The position numbers were made by a program, and so were the translations under genes. Shown one piece after another: positions 28,718 to 38,278 of a DNA stretch of 64,000 nt. Numbering within the stretch: the stretch's first letter is position 1; each line of letters opens with the position of its first letter. The stretch is from positions 64,203-128,202 of the IMG/VR virus record IMGVR_UViG_3300035704_000002. The stretch is one strand, 5' to 3'. The notes under the pieces are model-generated. The model searched no databases, had not been told where the DNA came from, and saw nothing but the letters and a program-made list of their open reading frames with translations. The stretch comes from a virus.

Positions 28718-29144
28718 CGCACATCGACGTCAGCGACATGTAGCGCGATCGCGGGGCGAGGTGCGTGCCCACCTAGCCGCACTAGCGGTGGTATGCCTTT
28801 TTCTGGCTGGAGGCTTGTGGTTTCAGCCTTACCGATTTACCGCTACGCCCGCCTACGCCTACCTACTGGATTTGCTGCCCCAGCAGGCATGGGCACTGCT
28901 CTATGCGGCAGTTGCGATACTGCTCATCGCCGCAACCATGTATCGCGACAAGGGAGTGCTGAATCTCGTGGTGCACACCGCGAGCATCACACTGCTCCTG
29001 GTGTGGTGGGCCGTGTTCGTCGTGCGGTGGCTGACCGACAGTCACACCACTGATGTCAACCTGCTGTCCTGGGGTGCCTACCTCTACCTTGCCGTACGCA
29101 GCGCCTGGCTCACCAGTCGGCACGTCGTTGCCTCGGTGAAGTAG
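28698..29144 (+). CDS. 4-TM membrane protein in the lysis cassette
   Basis: Four hydrophobic segments; start may be GTG 28761. Confidence 0.65.
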   Translation: MTHRKTDAHRRQRHVARSRGEVRAHLAALAVVCLFLAGGLWFQPYRFTATPAYAYLLDLLPQQAWALLYAAVAILLIAATMYRDKGVLNLVVHTASITLLLVWWAVFVVRWLTDSHTTDVNLLSWGAYLYLAVRSAWLTSRHVVASVK

Positions 29145-29146
29145 AC

Positions 29147-29536
29147 ATGGACGCCCAGGCGGCTTCCCTCTACGTGGCCGCCGCAGTGGCGGCCGGTAGT
29201 GGTATTGGTGTACCGATACTGTTTCGTCGCCGAGACAAACGCGAGCGAGAGCGAGCCACGAAACAGGCCGAGCGAGACAAATCGTTGGCCCAAGATATAG
29301 TCAGCGCCCAAAGCCTGATGGCGGACATTCAAAGCGAACGCAACGATTACCGTAGTGAACTTGCCGTAGTGCGCGCCGAGCTGACCGCAATCGACGGACA
29401 CTACCGCGAGCGCATTCGAGTTATCGAAGCTGAAGCGGACCGCGTCAATCTCGACGCTCGGCGACGCATCGCCGCCCTGGAAATCGAGGTGGCTACGCTG
29501 CGTCGCCGACTGGCTGCCGCTGGAGTCGAGGCATGA
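29147..29536 (+). CDS. N-terminal TM plus coiled-coil protein (lysis accessory)
   Basis: Single TM followed by long heptad region. Confidence 0.7.
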   Translation: MDAQAASLYVAAAVAAGSGIGVPILFRRRDKRERERATKQAERDKSLAQDIVSAQSLMADIQSERNDYRSELAVVRAELTAIDGHYRERIRVIEAEADRVNLDARRRIAALEIEVATLRRRLAAAGVEA

Positions 29537-29835
29537 CCACCGCCGCAGCCCTGGTCTACCTGGCCGTATCGGCAGAGAATGCGCTCTTTCAGGGCGTCGC
29601 GCTGTGGTATGCGCATCGCTACAACCGGCGGCGGCGCGGCACGGTGCGTACCATCGCGTCCCGCGTCCTGATCGCTCTGGTGTATGTCGGTCTCAGTGTG
29701 ATCACCCTGCTCGCTCAGCAAGCCCTGTCCTTCGCGGTTGCGCTGATCGTCTTTTCGGGCATCCAAGTGGTGTGGCAGGTCAACACCATCATCGACTTGC
29801 TGCAACGGCCGGCGACCCAGCCCTCGGCAAACTGA
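29533..29835 (+). CDS. small membrane protein (2-3 TM)
   Basis: Hydrophobic segments, ATGA overlap. Confidence 0.65.
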   Translation: MTTAAALVYLAVSAENALFQGVALWYAHRYNRRRRGTVRTIASRVLIALVYVGLSVITLLAQQALSFAVALIVFSGIQVVWQVNTIIDLLQRPATQPSAN

Positions 29836-29901
29836 GCGTGTCGCACCGTTGATCGCCTCGCCCAAGAGGATGCTGTGCCCCCAACCCTCGGGAGGACACG
29901 G

Positions 29902-31047
29902 ATGGACTACGGCATCGACGTCTCCAACTGGAACGCGATCAGCGACGCGCACCGGGTGCGCGCGGCCGGCATCAGCTTCGCCTGGTGCAAGGCCAGCGAA
30001 GGCGAGCGCTTCACCGATCCCACCTTTGCATTCAAGATCAGCCAGCTCCGCGCGGTCGGCATCGTCGTCAACGGCTACCACTTCCTGGACGGCTCCGACC
30101 CGGCCGCGCAGGGTCGCCGCTTCCGGCAGATCATCGGTGACGCCGGCTGCCTCACCGTGGGGTCACTCATGCCGATGGCTGACATGGAGAGCGCCAGCGT
30201 GCGCAGCTCGGCGAACGCCGCGCTGGCCGCATTCTACGACGCGGTCGGCGTCGGCCCCCAGGACGCGTATGGAAACCTGGACTGGTGGGCGAACGTGCTG
30301 CGCCGCGACCAGTGGGGCGCTCGAAACTTCTTGGGGCACATCGCCCGGTACAACGGTGATCCGGGCAATCCGGGCTATGCCACCGACAAGTTGGCCGTGC
30401 ATCAGCACACCGACGCCGGCAATGTGGACGGCATCCCCGGGCACGTCGACCGCAACGCCACCATGCCCGGCTACTCGCTGGCCCAGATCTGCATCGGCGG
30501 TGTCGCCCCGATTGTGCCGCCACCGCCCTACGTGCCACCGGCCGCGCCTCCCGGTGACATCTGGACTGTGCATGCCGGCGATACCCTTTCGCGCATCGCC
30601 AGCGTCTGGGGCGTCACGGTGTCCGCGCTCGCCTCGGTCAATGGGATCCCCAACGCAAACTTGATCAGCGTCGGCGAACTCATCCACAAGCCCGGATCCA
30701 GCGGCGCCGCGCCCGCACCCGTCGACAGTGGACAGATCTATGTGGTGCGCTCCGGCGACACCCTGTCCGGCATCGCGATCAGCCACGGCACCAGCGTGCC
30801 CGTGCTGGTTTCGCTCAACCACATCGCCAACCCAGACCGCATCTCGATCGGCCAGGCCATCGTGATGCCGGAGCGCGCTTCGGCCACACCGCCCGCGCCA
30901 CGCGTCTACCTCGTGCGGAGCGGCGACACGCTCGGCGCGATCGCGGCGAGGTTGGGCTATCCCGGCGGGTACGTGGCTTTGGGTGCCCACAACAACATCC
31001 ACGGGCCGCAGTACGTGATCTATCCCAACCAGCAGATCTTCTACTGA
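29902..31047 (+). CDS. endolysin: GH25 muramidase with three LysM domains
   Basis: [36 protein letters not shown]; three GDTL..IA repeats; GGGAGG RBS. Confidence 0.95.
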   Translation: MDYGIDVSNWNAISDAHRVRAAGISFAWCKASEGERFTDPTFAFKISQLRAVGIVVNGYHFLDGSDPAAQGRRFRQIIGDAGCLTVGSLMPMADMESASVRSSANAALAAFYDAVGVGPQDAYGNLDWWANVLRRDQWGARNFLGHIARYNGDPGNPGYATDKLAVHQHTDAGNVDGIPGHVDRNATMPGYSLAQICIGGVAPIVPPPPYVPPAAPPGDIWTVHAGDTLSRIASVWGVTVSALASVNGIPNANLISVGELIHKPGSSGAAPAPVDSGQIYVVRSGDTLSGIAISHGTSVPVLVSLNHIANPDRISIGQAIVMPERASATPPAPRVYLVRSGDTLGAIAARLGYPGGYVALGAHNNIHGPQYVIYPNQQIFY

Positions 31048-31049
31048 TC

Positions 31050-31379
31050 ATGACGCCCAGTACCGCCACGGTGGTCAGCGTCCTGGTCGGCACCGTGCTG
31101 CCCTGGCTGACCGGCCGCGCCGTGCGCATCGCCGCCCATCCCCGGGTGCGCGGCGCCGTGCTGCTCATCCTCACCCTGGTCGCCAGCGTGGTGACCGAAC
31201 TCGGTACCGCGATCTCCAGTGGTGCGCCCTACAACTTGTGGCAGGTGCTGCTGGATGCGACATGGGCCTACGTCCTGAGCGTCGCCCTGCACACCGGGAT
31301 ATATCGTCACACGGCGCTCTACCAGCGCAACGCCGCCACCGGCGGCATCATCGGCCCCGCAACCACCGCACTGAATTGA
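31050..31379 (+). CDS. holin-like membrane protein
   Basis: Three TM segments, GTVLPWLTG, directly after endolysin. Confidence 0.75.
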   Translation: MTPSTATVVSVLVGTVLPWLTGRAVRIAAHPRVRGAVLLILTLVASVVTELGTAISSGAPYNLWQVLLDATWAYVLSVALHTGIYRHTALYQRNAATGGIIGPATTALN

Positions 31380-31386
31380 GGACACC

Positions 31387-31695
31387 ATGGGCGCCATCAG
31401 CGATGAAATCGCCAATATCGTCCAGTACGTCAAAGACGTCTGGGACCGCATCGATCACAAGCTCACCGATCAGGGCAAGACCGAGATGAGCAAGCTGCAC
31501 GACCAGGCCACGGCCGTGCTCGACATGGTCAAGTCGGACATCGACAGCGATGCGGCCGACGTGAAAACCGACGTCGGCCAGGATGTCGCCGCCGCCAACC
31601 AGGCCGCCGCACCCAGTGCGCCGCCGGTAGCGCCTGCCGTGCCGGCCACAACAGAAGAGTCACCGATTACCACAGTTACCCCCAGTCAGTCCTGA
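31387..31695 (+). CDS. hypothetical protein
   Basis: GAGGA RBS, ORF track. Confidence 0.7.
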   Translation: MGAISDEIANIVQYVKDVWDRIDHKLTDQGKTEMSKLHDQATAVLDMVKSDIDSDAADVKTDVGQDVAAANQAAAPSAPPVAPAVPATTEESPITTVTPSQS

Positions 31696-31767
31696 CCGGA
31701 CACCCAACGCGGCCCGGCCCGCGTGGCGCGCTTGCGTCCGCCGGCCGGGCCATGATGCGCTGGTGAC

Positions 31768-32022
31768 ATGAGCACCCCTAAGCCCGACGCCGCCCCCACG
31801 GGCATGGAAACCAAAGACCTCCCCCAGGGCTACGGCCACGCCGGTACGCCGGTGCCCGAAGTACTGGGCTACAACCAGACCACCGACAGCCTGGAACCGG
31901 TCACGCCGGTCAACGCACCACCCGCCGAGCCGGCGACCGAGGCGGCCGCGTCCACCACCGAACCGGACATCGGCAAGCCAAGCGTCGCCGTGTCCAGCAC
32001 CAGGGTGCCCGGGGCGTCGTGA
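31768..32022 (+). CDS. hypothetical Pro/Thr-rich protein
   Basis: ORF track, codon bias. Confidence 0.55.
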   Translation: MSTPKPDAAPTGMETKDLPQGYGHAGTPVPEVLGYNQTTDSLEPVTPVNAPPAEPATEAAASTTEPDIGKPSVAVSSTRVPGAS

Positions 32023-32273
32023 GCGGCCAGGCGATACCGCCGCGACTGGGTGACCGGGTGCACTACGTGGCCGAAGGCAGTCCGCTGCGTGACGACGGCA
32101 CCCAGAAATACTCCTCGGTGTGTCGCGCGGCCGACGTCACCGAGGTAGATCCGGCCAGTCCGCACCGCGTCGGCCTCTGCGTGCTCAACCCGCTGGGGAT
32201 CTTTTTCCGGCCGCTGGAGCACGGCGGCAGCGAACTGGGTCACGCCGGTGGCCAGTGGCACCACCGGCACTAG
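32019..32273 (+). CDS. conserved small actinophage protein
   Basis: G.RVHYV..G...CRAA.VTEV....VGLCVLNP.GIFF...G.WH pattern. Confidence 0.75.
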   Translation: MSGQAIPPRLGDRVHYVAEGSPLRDDGTQKYSSVCRAADVTEVDPASPHRVGLCVLNPLGIFFRPLEHGGSELGHAGGQWHHRH

Positions 32274-32533
32274 CGCACGTCGTGATGGCGTGTCGACGCG
32301 ACCTGGTGCAGCTCCAGATCGTGCACCGCGTCCGCCAGGTTCCGGCGTGCCTGCAGTTCCGGCGTGCTGATGTCCACCAGGTCGCCCACCGCATCCATCT
32401 CGGCCGCCCAGCGCTGGGCGGCCGAGACCACGCGCGCGGCCAACCGATGCGGCACCGTCGGCGCCTGCGCCATCGGGAGTGACTCCACCAGCGCGCCGCC
32501 TCGCACCAGTCGCAGATGCGCCCGGCCGGTCAC
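32270..32533 (-). CDS. hypothetical protein, last gene of the leftward arm
   Basis: GTGA overlap with VRR-NUC stop; stop overlaps the convergent gene. Confidence 0.55.
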   Translation of the reverse strand: MTGRAHLRLVRGGALVESLPMAQAPTVPHRLAARVVSAAQRWAAEMDAVGDLVDISTPELQARRNLADAVHDLELHQVASTRHHDVR

Positions 32534-32970
32534 GGCTGTAGTTTCGCGTGACGCGGGCAGTGGCAGCCCGGATAGGCAAGGTCCGGCACGAACCCCACCT
32601 CGGTGAGATGATCCAGGATCTCCCGAATATGCCCGTTGGTGCGGAACCAGCCTACCAGGGCGCCGGCCTTGGCCCACTTGCGCAGCGCCACCATCTGCGG
32701 ACCGGTCGGCCTGTTGCCCACCGACTTCGCTTCCAGCTTGAGGCACCGGCCGTGCACGCACGCATCCAGATCGGGTTCGCCCACATTGCCGTGAATGCCG
32801 CCGTGCACCTTGCGTGCATAGCCGAGACTGCGCAGTAGGACCAGCGCGTCACGCACCACCTCGGCTTCTGATCGGTGCCGGGGCGCCGCACCGGCGCGCA
32901 TGATAACCCGGGCGATACCCGGATCAAACTCCTCATCCTCGGGAAGCAGCGGCACGCCGAACGCTGTCAC
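32530..32970 (-). CDS. VRR-NUC nuclease (Holliday junction resolvase-like)
   Basis: SEAEV, KVHGG..GEPDLDAC..G...LEAK..GNRPT..Q. Confidence 0.88.
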   Translation of the reverse strand: MTAFGVPLLPEDEEFDPGIARVIMRAGAAPRHRSEAEVVRDALVLLRSLGYARKVHGGIHGNVGEPDLDACVHGRCLKLEAKSVGNRPTGPQMVALRKWAKAGALVGWFRTNGHIREILDHLTEVGFVPDLAYPGCHCPRHAKLQP

Positions 32971-34700
32971 GCGATCACCTCCAGGTCGGGCGGGATCAGT
33001 TCGGCCGGCACCATGTGCCGGTTGGTGGTGGGCGCAAGCACGCGTAGTTCGGCGTACGCGCGGGTCATGGCCACGTAAAACAGCCGGATGGCCTCGTCGG
33101 TGCCGGTGCGGACTTGCATGTTGCGGGCAGCGGCGGCGGAGACGTCCGGGCACACGTACACCACGTCGGCCGCCGCACCCTTGACTGAATGGATGGTGCC
33201 GATCACCACCTGGGGCCGCTGCTCCAGCGCCGCCGCGCCGTAGTTGCGAGCCAGTTGCAGGGGGTAGCGCACCACGTCCACCTTCGCCTTGAGCAATGCT
33301 TGCTCCAGGAACGCCAGGTCCGGCTCTGTCGCCAGTTCCAGCGCCTCCTCGGTGGCGAACAACGCCGCGATCTGCTCGAAGGGCACCGGGTCGTTCGGCG
33401 CGAATCGGCCGATCATCGCCTTGGCGCCACGAACCATGCCGGCATCGGCCAGCTTGACCAGCCCGGACCAGGCTTGCACGTCCGCGCCGGTCCACTCTCG
33501 GTCGTTCACCGCCAAGTAGCGCGCCACCCGTTCCGCCGTGGACAGCGCGCCGTCCTGGGTCGGCGCGCCCAGTGGATTCCAGCGCTGCTCACCGGGGCGA
33601 AACGGGTTGTGGAACGGCAGGCCGACCGCACGCAGATTCTCGATCAGTCCTTCCAGCATGTAGTTGCACGACGCGATGATCATCACGGTGCGACCGGCCT
33701 CGGTCTCGGCCATCACCTTCTGCACCAGTTCCGGATCACCCAGCGTCTGCGGTACCCGATAGGCGATGCCCGGCACCACTTCGCCGGCTTCATCCAGTCG
33801 CGAGTGGTAGATCTTCGGCCGGCGCCGACTCAGTCGCCGCACCCAGCGTTCCGCGACCAGGCGCACCGCCTCGGGCACTCGGTAGGAACGGTCCAGGACA
33901 TGATCGCTCACGTGCTCACCAGTCAGCGCCAATAGCGGTTCCGGGTCGCCACCGCGCCACTGGTTGATCGCCTGATCATCGTCCATTCCCAGCACCAGCC
34001 TCTCGGCCAGGCGTCCCCACTCCAGCGCCAGCGCCACCTCCAGTGGTGTCATGTCCTGCGCCTCGTCCACGATCAGGTAGCTGGGCCGTCCGGGCGCCGG
34101 TACTCCTTCGCGGGCCGCCTCCAGCGCGTACTCGATCATGTCCGTGTAGTCGACCGCACCGCCCGCGCCGCGTTTCCAATCCCGCCAACGTCGCCCGAAC
34201 TCGCGCACGCCCAGCGGCCAGTCCTCGGGTGGCAGGCAGGACGCGCGCATCCGGTCCAGCGCACCGATCAGCTCGTCACCGGTGCGGGCCAGTTCCGGCG
34301 CGACGCTCAACGCACCGGAGTCGCCCGAGGTGCCACCGCTGCGTCGGGTGTCCGGCGTGATACGCAGCTCTGGCGTCGCCGTGGCGTTCCAGTCGGCGAG
34401 CACCTTGGGGTCCAGCGCGACCGGTGGATGGCCCAGCGAGCGGTAGGCGTGTGAGTGCAATGTTCCGATCATGGAGTCGGCCGGGCGGATGCCCGCGCCA
34501 TCGGAGGCGAATCGCGAACCGATCTCCTTGGCGGCCGTTGTAGAAAACGACGCCAGCAATAGAGCGTCGGGACCGTGTTCAGCGACCGTCTTGCGGACGC
34601 GTTCGGCTAGATAAGTGGTCTTCCCGGTGCCGGGCGGACCCCAGACGCGCAATACGTTTCCGGGGTATGTCTCGGTTTCCGGGGTAGCAGGGGATGCCAT
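32967..34700 (-). CDS. UvrD/REP-like SF1 helicase
   Basis: GPPGTGKT, GTLHS, VDEAQD, DDDQAI..WRG, SYRVP, TIHSVKG, RLFYVAMTRA. Confidence 0.95.
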   Translation of the reverse strand: MASPATPETETYPGNVLRVWGPPGTGKTTYLAERVRKTVAEHGPDALLLASFSTTAAKEIGSRFASDGAGIRPADSMIGTLHSHAYRSLGHPPVALDPKVLADWNATATPELRITPDTRRSGGTSGDSGALSVAPELARTGDELIGALDRMRASCLPPEDWPLGVREFGRRWRDWKRGAGGAVDYTDMIEYALEAAREGVPAPGRPSYLIVDEAQDMTPLEVALALEWGRLAERLVLGMDDDQAINQWRGGDPEPLLALTGEHVSDHVLDRSYRVPEAVRLVAERWVRRLSRRRPKIYHSRLDEAGEVVPGIAYRVPQTLGDPELVQKVMAETEAGRTVMIIASCNYMLEGLIENLRAVGLPFHNPFRPGEQRWNPLGAPTQDGALSTAERVARYLAVNDREWTGADVQAWSGLVKLADAGMVRGAKAMIGRFAPNDPVPFEQIAALFATEEALELATEPDLAFLEQALLKAKVDVVRYPLQLARNYGAAALEQRPQVVIGTIHSVKGAAADVVYVCPDVSAAAARNMQVRTGTDEAIRLFYVAMTRAYAELRVLAPTTNRHMVPAELIPPDLEVIA

Positions 34701-34761
34701 ACTTGCCCTCCCAGAGCGTCCTTATGTGACGGTAGCGCGCGCACCATGTGCGCGGCCACCG

Positions 34762-35625
34762 TTAGTTGATCAATCGGTGAATGCGATCCTTCTCCACCGC
34801 CACGGCGGTGATGTCTCGCACCGGCAGGTCGACTCCGGCGAACAGGGGGCAGTACGACCGGTAGTCACAGCGGGAGCACTGGCTATCGGGGTTCGTCGGG
34901 TATGCGTCCACTATGGACAACTCGCCGTGACCGACCAATTGCGCCGTGTCCACCGACTGGTGGTACTTCTCGACCAGGCGTCCCAGAACGTAGTCCAGTG
35001 TTTCCGCGTTGAACGTGCCCATCGTCTCGTTCAACGCTCGCGTCGGAAAGAGGCCCACGGTGATCGAGCGTGCCCACGGGAACCGTTCGCGCGTCGCCTG
35101 GAAGTAGGTACCCAACTGCGGATGTACGACGATCTCGGTAGGAACAGCGCCCGTCTTCCAGTCCCGCGTGTGCACCCCGTCCACCGCCGTACGCAGCAGC
35201 AAGTCGATCGCGCCGATGATGACCACGTCGTTCACCGTCATCCGAAACGGCAGCTCGACCCCCAGGATCGCCCCCATGGCGGGAATCGGCAGGACACGCA
35301 GCACACGCTCCACCTCCGCCAGCGCGGACTCCCGCTGGCGGACAGTGATCGGGTCGCGATCAACATAGACATTGATCGCCTCGCGGGCGGCTCCGGCGAA
35401 CATCGACATCACGGCGCCGCGCGACCAGCTCCCTGGACCGTTGGCCGCCGCCTGGTACGCGGCGGCCAACCCGACGTGCACGAGTCGGCCGTGCACCCGG
35501 TGTGGGTCCACCCGCTGTGACGGCGTCACCCGCTGCTCGTAGGCCAGCCAATACCGCATGCGGCAGTCCGACCAAGTCTGTGCGGCGCTCACCGACCACG
35601 TGCGCTCCTGGACCAGGGTGTTCAC
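34762..35625 (-). CDS. PD-(D/E)XK RecB/Cas4-like exonuclease
   Basis: SVS...W.DC..RY, G.LVH, GAIDL, DWKTG, QL..Y, CSRCDYRSYCP. Confidence 0.9.
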   Translation of the reverse strand: MNTLVQERTWSVSAAQTWSDCRMRYWLAYEQRVTPSQRVDPHRVHGRLVHVGLAAAYQAAANGPGSWSRGAVMSMFAGAAREAINVYVDRDPITVRQRESALAEVERVLRVLPIPAMGAILGVELPFRMTVNDVVIIGAIDLLLRTAVDGVHTRDWKTGAVPTEIVVHPQLGTYFQATRERFPWARSITVGLFPTRALNETMGTFNAETLDYVLGRLVEKYHQSVDTAQLVGHGELSIVDAYPTNPDSQCSRCDYRSYCPLFAGVDLPVRDITAVAVEKDRIHRLIN

Positions 35626-35990
35626 CGGTAGCGCTCCCGCGTGGCGTCGACCGGACTCACCGATCGAGGTGCGTCCGTGACCGCGTCCACGATAACCGTG
35701 CCCACGAACGTGACCAGGCCGACGATGGTCCACCACCACTGACCGGTGACCAGCCACGTCAACAGGGCCGCGACCAGCAGGCCGAAACCGATCACCATCA
35801 GTACCCGTGACTTGGCCGGCTCACCCTTGCCGTTGCCGGTGGCCCCGTCCACGACGGCCAGAAAGACGCACACGGTCAGGCCGCCCACGGCCCATTGCCA
35901 GCGATCCCAGCTCAGACTCAGGACAATCCCCGTCGTAGCGCCGGTGTAGCCGAGACACTGCAACACCGTCGACTTCAGGCGTCTGGACAT
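35622..35990 (-). CDS. 4-TM membrane protein with internal duplication
   Basis: Two TM-W.W-TM units; GAGGAGG RBS. Confidence 0.7.
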   Translation of the reverse strand: MSRRLKSTVLQCLGYTGATTGIVLSLSWDRWQWAVGGLTVCVFLAVVDGATGNGKGEPAKSRVLMVIGFGLLVAALLTWLVTGQWWWTIVGLVTFVGTVIVDAVTDAPRSVSPVDATRERYR

Positions 35991-36022
35991 GTGAAACCTC
36001 CTCGACTTCGGGTCGTCGCTGG

Positions 36023-36289
36023 TTAATCGATCGCAACAGCGACGTGGTTACGAGGTTCGGTCTCGCGGGGGCCGGGCGAGTCGAACAGGGGCACCTGGTT
36101 GGGGTCGGGCGCGGGCGGCGGCGTGCGGCCAGACCGCGCGCGCATCTCGGTGGCCAGTTCGGCCAGGCTAGCCCGCATCCGTTCGCGATCGTCAGCGCTG
36201 CCGTAACCGCGCACGAGGTAGCCGACGTGCTGATCGACCAGTTCGGCGACAAGCCCGGCCGCGATGCGCTTGGCCTGCCGCCGGTTCAC
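36023..36289 (-). CDS. hypothetical protein
   Basis: ORF track, GTGA coupling, C-terminal DPNQVPLF. Confidence 0.65.
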   Translation of the reverse strand: MNRRQAKRIAAGLVAELVDQHVGYLVRGYGSADDRERMRASLAELATEMRARSGRTPPPAPDPNQVPLFDSPGPRETEPRNHVAVAID

Positions 36290-36474
36290 CCGACACCCAG
36301 CATGGCGTCCAGGGCGATCTCGTAAGCGGCGTCCGGGCCACCGTAGAACAGGCCGTCATCCAGTTCGGCGATCAGTTCGGGGTGTTCCGCGCAGACCGTG
36401 TCGTACTCGGGGTGCTCCACCGTCACCGTGGTGGTGTCCAGTTCGTCATCGCACCAGCCGCATCGCTTGATCAT
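36286..36474 (-). CDS. small Cys-containing protein, probably leaderless
   Basis: CGWC...C; ATG 7 nt from the -10 of promoter 36481-36509. Confidence 0.65.
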   Translation of the reverse strand: MIKRCGWCDDELDTTTVTVEHPEYDTVCAEHPELIAELDDGLFYGGPDAAYEIALDAMLGVG

Positions 36475-36480
36475 GCAGCG

Positions 36481-36509
36481 AGTCTAGCCTGTTTGACTAG
36501 GCTAGTCAA
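36481..36509 (-). promoter_or_regulatory. early promoter with embedded palindromic operator
   Basis: TTGACT-AGCCTAGTCAAACAGGC-TAGACT. Confidence 0.85.
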
Positions 36510-36808
36510 GCAGAGATGGCGGCCTGAAGTCGCGCCCGCACGACCGCCGGCCGGTGGACACCCACGCGTGCGCGCTCACGGCCCACCGCGTGTGCGTAGC
36601 GCGCCACGATGGCGCTGATACGAGGGTCGGACTCCTGCTCCTGGGCAGCCACGCGCATCCGAGCGAAGAACGCCGTAAACGAGGCATCCTCGGCGGCGTC
36701 GGCCGCATGTCGACGTGCTCGCCAGTTCAGGACGCTGCGTCGCGCGGCCGGCGTCGCCACCACGGTCAGCCCCAGGATCAGCTCAACCTGGTCACTCGTG
36801 ATCATCAC
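36506..36808 (-). CDS. hypothetical protein
   Basis: ORF track, overlap coupling. Confidence 0.55.
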   Translation of the reverse strand: MMITSDQVELILGLTVVATPAARRSVLNWRARRHAADAAEDASFTAFFARMRVAAQEQESDPRISAIVARYAHAVGRERARVGVHRPAVVRARLQAAISA

Positions 36809-37427
36809 TGCCCACTTCCATCATCTGGTCGTGGATCAGCTCCAGCGGCACGGGCGTCTGCCAGGCATCCACGGACACATTGATCATTCGGTCCCGAGCG
36901 TGCCACGAGGAATCACCCTCGCCACACAGCAGCCACGGCGCCGATCCCTTAACGGGACGCTTCGGTCGCCAAGCGGCGAACGGCTCATTCGGACCGGTGG
37001 CGAACTGGAACGGCGAAAGCCAGAACACGGCTCGGCCCGGCCCGAGCGGCAGGCGCATCGCCCAGCCCTTGCGTGCCATCGCCGCGCCGTTGACCACCGC
37101 GTGAAAACCGGCGCGCTGGTAGTCATCGGTCAGTGCGGCCAGCTTCTTCGGGTCAGCGGTGTGCGCGGAGAAGCACGTATCGGTCTCGCCGGCCATCAGG
37201 ATCTTGCGCCCCTGGATGCCCGGAACCCGGCCCAGATCCGGCGTCACGCCAGGAGCGAACAGGTTGCCCAGCATCCACACCATGTCCCGCGCCTCGACGC
37301 ACGCGTTGTGTCGGTCGATCAACTGGGCGTCCCGCTGGACGTCCTGACCCAACCGCCAGTTTCCGGTGAACCACACATCCCCGTACTTCCGAGCCAGCAG
37401 GCCGAGATCGTATTCTCCAGTCATCAT
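36792..37427 (-). CDS. calcineurin-like metallophosphoesterase homologue with substituted metal ligands (pseudoenzyme)
   Basis: VWFTGNWRLG, VWMLGN, GRKILMAGETD, LSPF, WLLCGEGD, INVSVDAW. Confidence 0.8.
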   Translation of the reverse strand: MMTGEYDLGLLARKYGDVWFTGNWRLGQDVQRDAQLIDRHNACVEARDMVWMLGNLFAPGVTPDLGRVPGIQGRKILMAGETDTCFSAHTADPKKLAALTDDYQRAGFHAVVNGAAMARKGWAMRLPLGPGRAVFWLSPFQFATGPNEPFAAWRPKRPVKGSAPWLLCGEGDSSWHARDRMINVSVDAWQTPVPLELIHDQMMEVGSDDHE

Positions 37428-37430
37428 GTG

Positions 37431-37455
37431 AAGCCGTCCTAACTAGGCTAGTCAA
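37431..37455 (-). promoter_or_regulatory. operator copy with -35 TTGACT but non-consensus -10
   Basis: AAGCC-GTCCTAACTA-GGCTA-GTCAA abutting the phosphoesterase start. Confidence 0.6.
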
Positions 37456-38278
37456 CGATTCGCACCTTCTGCTGACGACGTACCTTCTTGACCGGAATCG
37501 TCGCCGGGTCCACCTCGAAGCGCTCGGAGTCCGGCGGCCACGACGGCCGCGTCGACACCGGTCGCAAGCAATCCAGGCAGTGGCCGGACACGTCGCCCCG
37601 CCACCTACCCGGCCACATGCGCGCACCGCATCCCCGGCAGTCCTCCCATCGACGTAACCGCGTCAGTCGCTCCCAGGGCAGAGCCTCATCCGGCGCAACA
37701 GTCTGACCCCATATCGGGCTCAGTACGCCATCCGGACCTACCACCCAGGAGCCAACGATCTCGGCATCGTTCGAGTAGGGATGGCCAGCTCGGGCCGAGG
37801 CCGCCCAGCGCGCGGCGATTCCGCGCGCGCTGGCCTCATTGTTCGAACACGGCACCACCGACATGTTCGCCGTGGTCAACACGCAGGCGACCCACGGCGC
37901 GCCCACCGGCATGCCCGGCCGGAAATAGGGTGAGCCACCATCACGAGATATCCGCACGGACCGCGCCGGCTCGATCGGCGCGTTCGATGTCGACGTGGAC
38001 AGCGTGGCGGCCCGCCGCGCGTACGCACCCGTACGCCGCACCGGGCCGACCGGCCGCGCCACGACGTCCTCCGTCTGCGCCCACAGCTCGATCAGCCGTT
38101 CCACGCAACGATCGTGCATCGGGTAGTAATCCCGGTCGCGCTGCCACCACCAGCCGGTCGCGTGGTCGCACACACAGCAGGCGCCCAGGATGCCCGAGCG
38201 CAGCTCGGACATGATCCGGTCCTTGTCCGGACACGGGCCGGCCTCATCGCGGGGCACCGGCGGTAGGCCGCTCATCAC
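37448..38278 (-). CDS. hypothetical protein with Zn-finger motifs at both ends
   Basis: CCVC...H.RC and CRGC...CLDC. Confidence 0.65.
   Translation of the reverse strand: MMSGLPPVPRDEAGPCPDKDRIMSELRSGILGACCVCDHATGWWWQRDRDYYPMHDRCVERLIELWAQTEDVVARPVGPVRRTGAYARRAATLSTSTSNAPIEPARSVRISRDGGSPYFRPGMPVGAPWVACVLTTANMSVVPCSNNEASARGIAARWAASARAGHPYSNDAEIVGSWVVGPDGVLSPIWGQTVAPDEALPWERLTRLRRWEDCRGCGARMWPGRWRGDVSGHCLDCLRPVSTRPSWPPDSERFEVDPATIPVKKVRRQQKVRIVD

Noticed and set aside
34762-35625. Cas4-like nuclease as a sign of CRISPR
   Set aside because: No repeat-spacer array or other cas gene seen; such nucleases are common in phage recombination modules
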